Origin: Eledone cirrhosa
Taxonomy: Eukaryota
DNA length: 64,000 nucleotides
NCBI GenBank assembly: GCA_964016885.1
Contig: OZ024740.1
Location: 277,884,001-277,948,000, forward strand
Direction of reading: 5' to 3'
The translations under genes and the position numbers were made by a program. This document shows, piece by piece, positions 62,375-64,000 of the stretch (position 1 is the stretch's first letter; every line of letters begins with the position of its first letter). The notes under the pieces were generated by a model. The model had not been told where the DNA came from. It was given only the letters and a program-made list of their open reading frames with translations, and did no database searches.

Positions 62375-64000
62375 TGAGGCATCCGTCAACCCCAGCCCTC
62401 TCCCTTCCCTGCACGACGTCGACCCACTGCATCGTTGTGCATCACCATGCGCATATCTGCTTTGTTAGCCGTAATTCATTCCCCGGCCTTTTCCATTGTC
62501 TTCCCTCCATGGTCCCTAAGGTCTGCCACGGCTCAACATGCCGAATCCATGCCACCGTCCACCCCTGCCCATTTCCATTGCCTACACTCCGGGAGAGCTC
62601 AAGACTTCCATGCCTCACCAAGCCGCATCCCTACCACCGCCAACCCCTACCCTCTCCCTTCCCTGCACGCCGTCGTCCCACTGCATCGTCATGCCTCACC
62701 ATGCCGCATTACTGCCCTGTCGGCCACCATCCCCTCCTCAGCCCTTTCGTTTGCCTGCCCACCGTGCTCCTTCAAGACTGCCATGCCTAACCAAGCCGCA
62801 TCCCTGACACCATCAACTCCTGCCCTCTCGCTTCCCTGCACGCGGTTGTCGCACTGCATCGTCATGCCTCACCATGCCGCATGCCCACCCCTGCACTCTC
62901 CCTTAACCAGCACGTCTTGGTCCTTCACGAGTGCCATGGCTCACCATGCGGAATCCCTGCAAACCGTCAATCCCGGCCATCTCCCTTCCCTGCACGCCGT
63001 CGACCCACTGTATCGTTATGCCTCACCATGCCGCATCCATGATCTGTCAGCCGCCATCCCCTCCTCAGGCTTTTATTTTTCCTGCCCGCCGTGCTCCTTC
63101 AAGACTGCCATGCCTAACCAAGCCGCATCCCTGCCACCGTCAACCCCTGCCCTCTCCCTTGCCCGCACGCCTTGGACCCTCACGACTGCCATGACTCACC
63201 ATTCAGCATTTCTGCCCTGTCAACAACTTGCTCAAATGTCATCGGCATGGTTTATTCCTGCGCCGCACATAACCGCCCATTATCTCAGACCAAAGACAGC
63301 ACCGAACATGAAGACGATCCTGTGTAAGTATTTTTACATTCATTTTGACCATATTTAACAAAATTAAACAAAAAGTCATCCCTTTCTCCTCCAAAGCCTA
63401 CCGATCATGTATGGCCGATAAACATCCTGCCTTGCACCCGGTTTTCTCAAACAATCATCATGCCTCCCGGTGCTCTCTACATTCCCGAGGTGCAACTCAA
63501 TTGGCATGCCGCATCCACGCCCTGTCAGCCGCCATGCACCCTGCCCTTTCGTCATGCCTCATCATGTTGCATCCCTGCCTTGTCAGCCGCCATCCACTCC
63601 CCGACCCTTTCCACTGCCTAGGCATGGCAGTCTTGAGGGACCAAGTCGTATCCCTGCCACTGTCAACCCCTGTCCTCTCCGTTCCCTGCACGCCGTCGTC
63701 CCACTGCATCGTCATGTATCACCATGCCGCATGAATGCTCTGTCAGCCCCATCCCCTCCTCGGCCCTTATTTTTCCTGCCCGCAGTGCTCCTTCAAGACT
63801 GCCATGGCTCACCATGCGGCATCCTTGCCACCGTCCACCCCTGCCGTCTTCCTTGATGCTGGCCGTCGTCCCACTGCATCGTCATGCCTCAGAATGCCGC
63901 ATCCATGTCAGCCACCATCCCCTCCTCAGCCCTTTCTATTGCCTGACCGCCGTGCGCCTTAAAGACTCCCATGGCTATCTATGCCGCATCAATTCCTTGC
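62375..64000. repeat. C-rich complex satellite with alternating ~81 and ~92 bp subunits
   Basis: ACCA(T/A)GCCGCAT-like anchors at 62617, 62698, 62790, 62871, 62943, 63025, 63117, 63198, 63640, 63721, 63811 and 63891. Confidence 0.9.

Noticed and set aside
62374-63962. ORFs up to 307 aa
   Set aside because: Open frames arise from the C-rich satellite; 92 bp subunits shift frame, so peptide repeats swap between frames.

Overview
AT-rich, microsatellite-dense eukaryotic DNA with no recognisable host protein-coding gene. The dominant tRNA-derived SINE resembles octopus SINEs, so an octopod cephalopod is likely (inference). The window is almost entirely transposable elements sorted by microsatellite target. 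(1) 130-15650: one (AAT)n tract holds two near-identical full-length L1/Tx1-clade retrotransposons (minus strand, each with a different ORF2 lesion) between two degenerate R4/Dong-clade copies (plus strand). (2) 20-58 kb: (TA)n tracts hold Penelope-like elements (PLEs): one intact RT+GIY-YIG ORF (Nematis-like), a Hydra-clade-like fragment, and about ten fold-back insertions with the layout (TA)n-tail-arm-loop-arm'-(TA)n. Many carry minimal hammerhead ribozyme (HHR) motifs with palindromic stem III; one five-copy family appears to fold back at hammerhead stem II. (3) Remnants of Helitron, CRE, RTE, hAT and mariner elements, a candidate 2.95 kb Helitron-like element with a spliced 15-aa-repeat ORF, and a GC-rich 81+92 bp dimeric satellite at the right end. 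All assignments come from reading motifs by eye; no database search or folding program was run.
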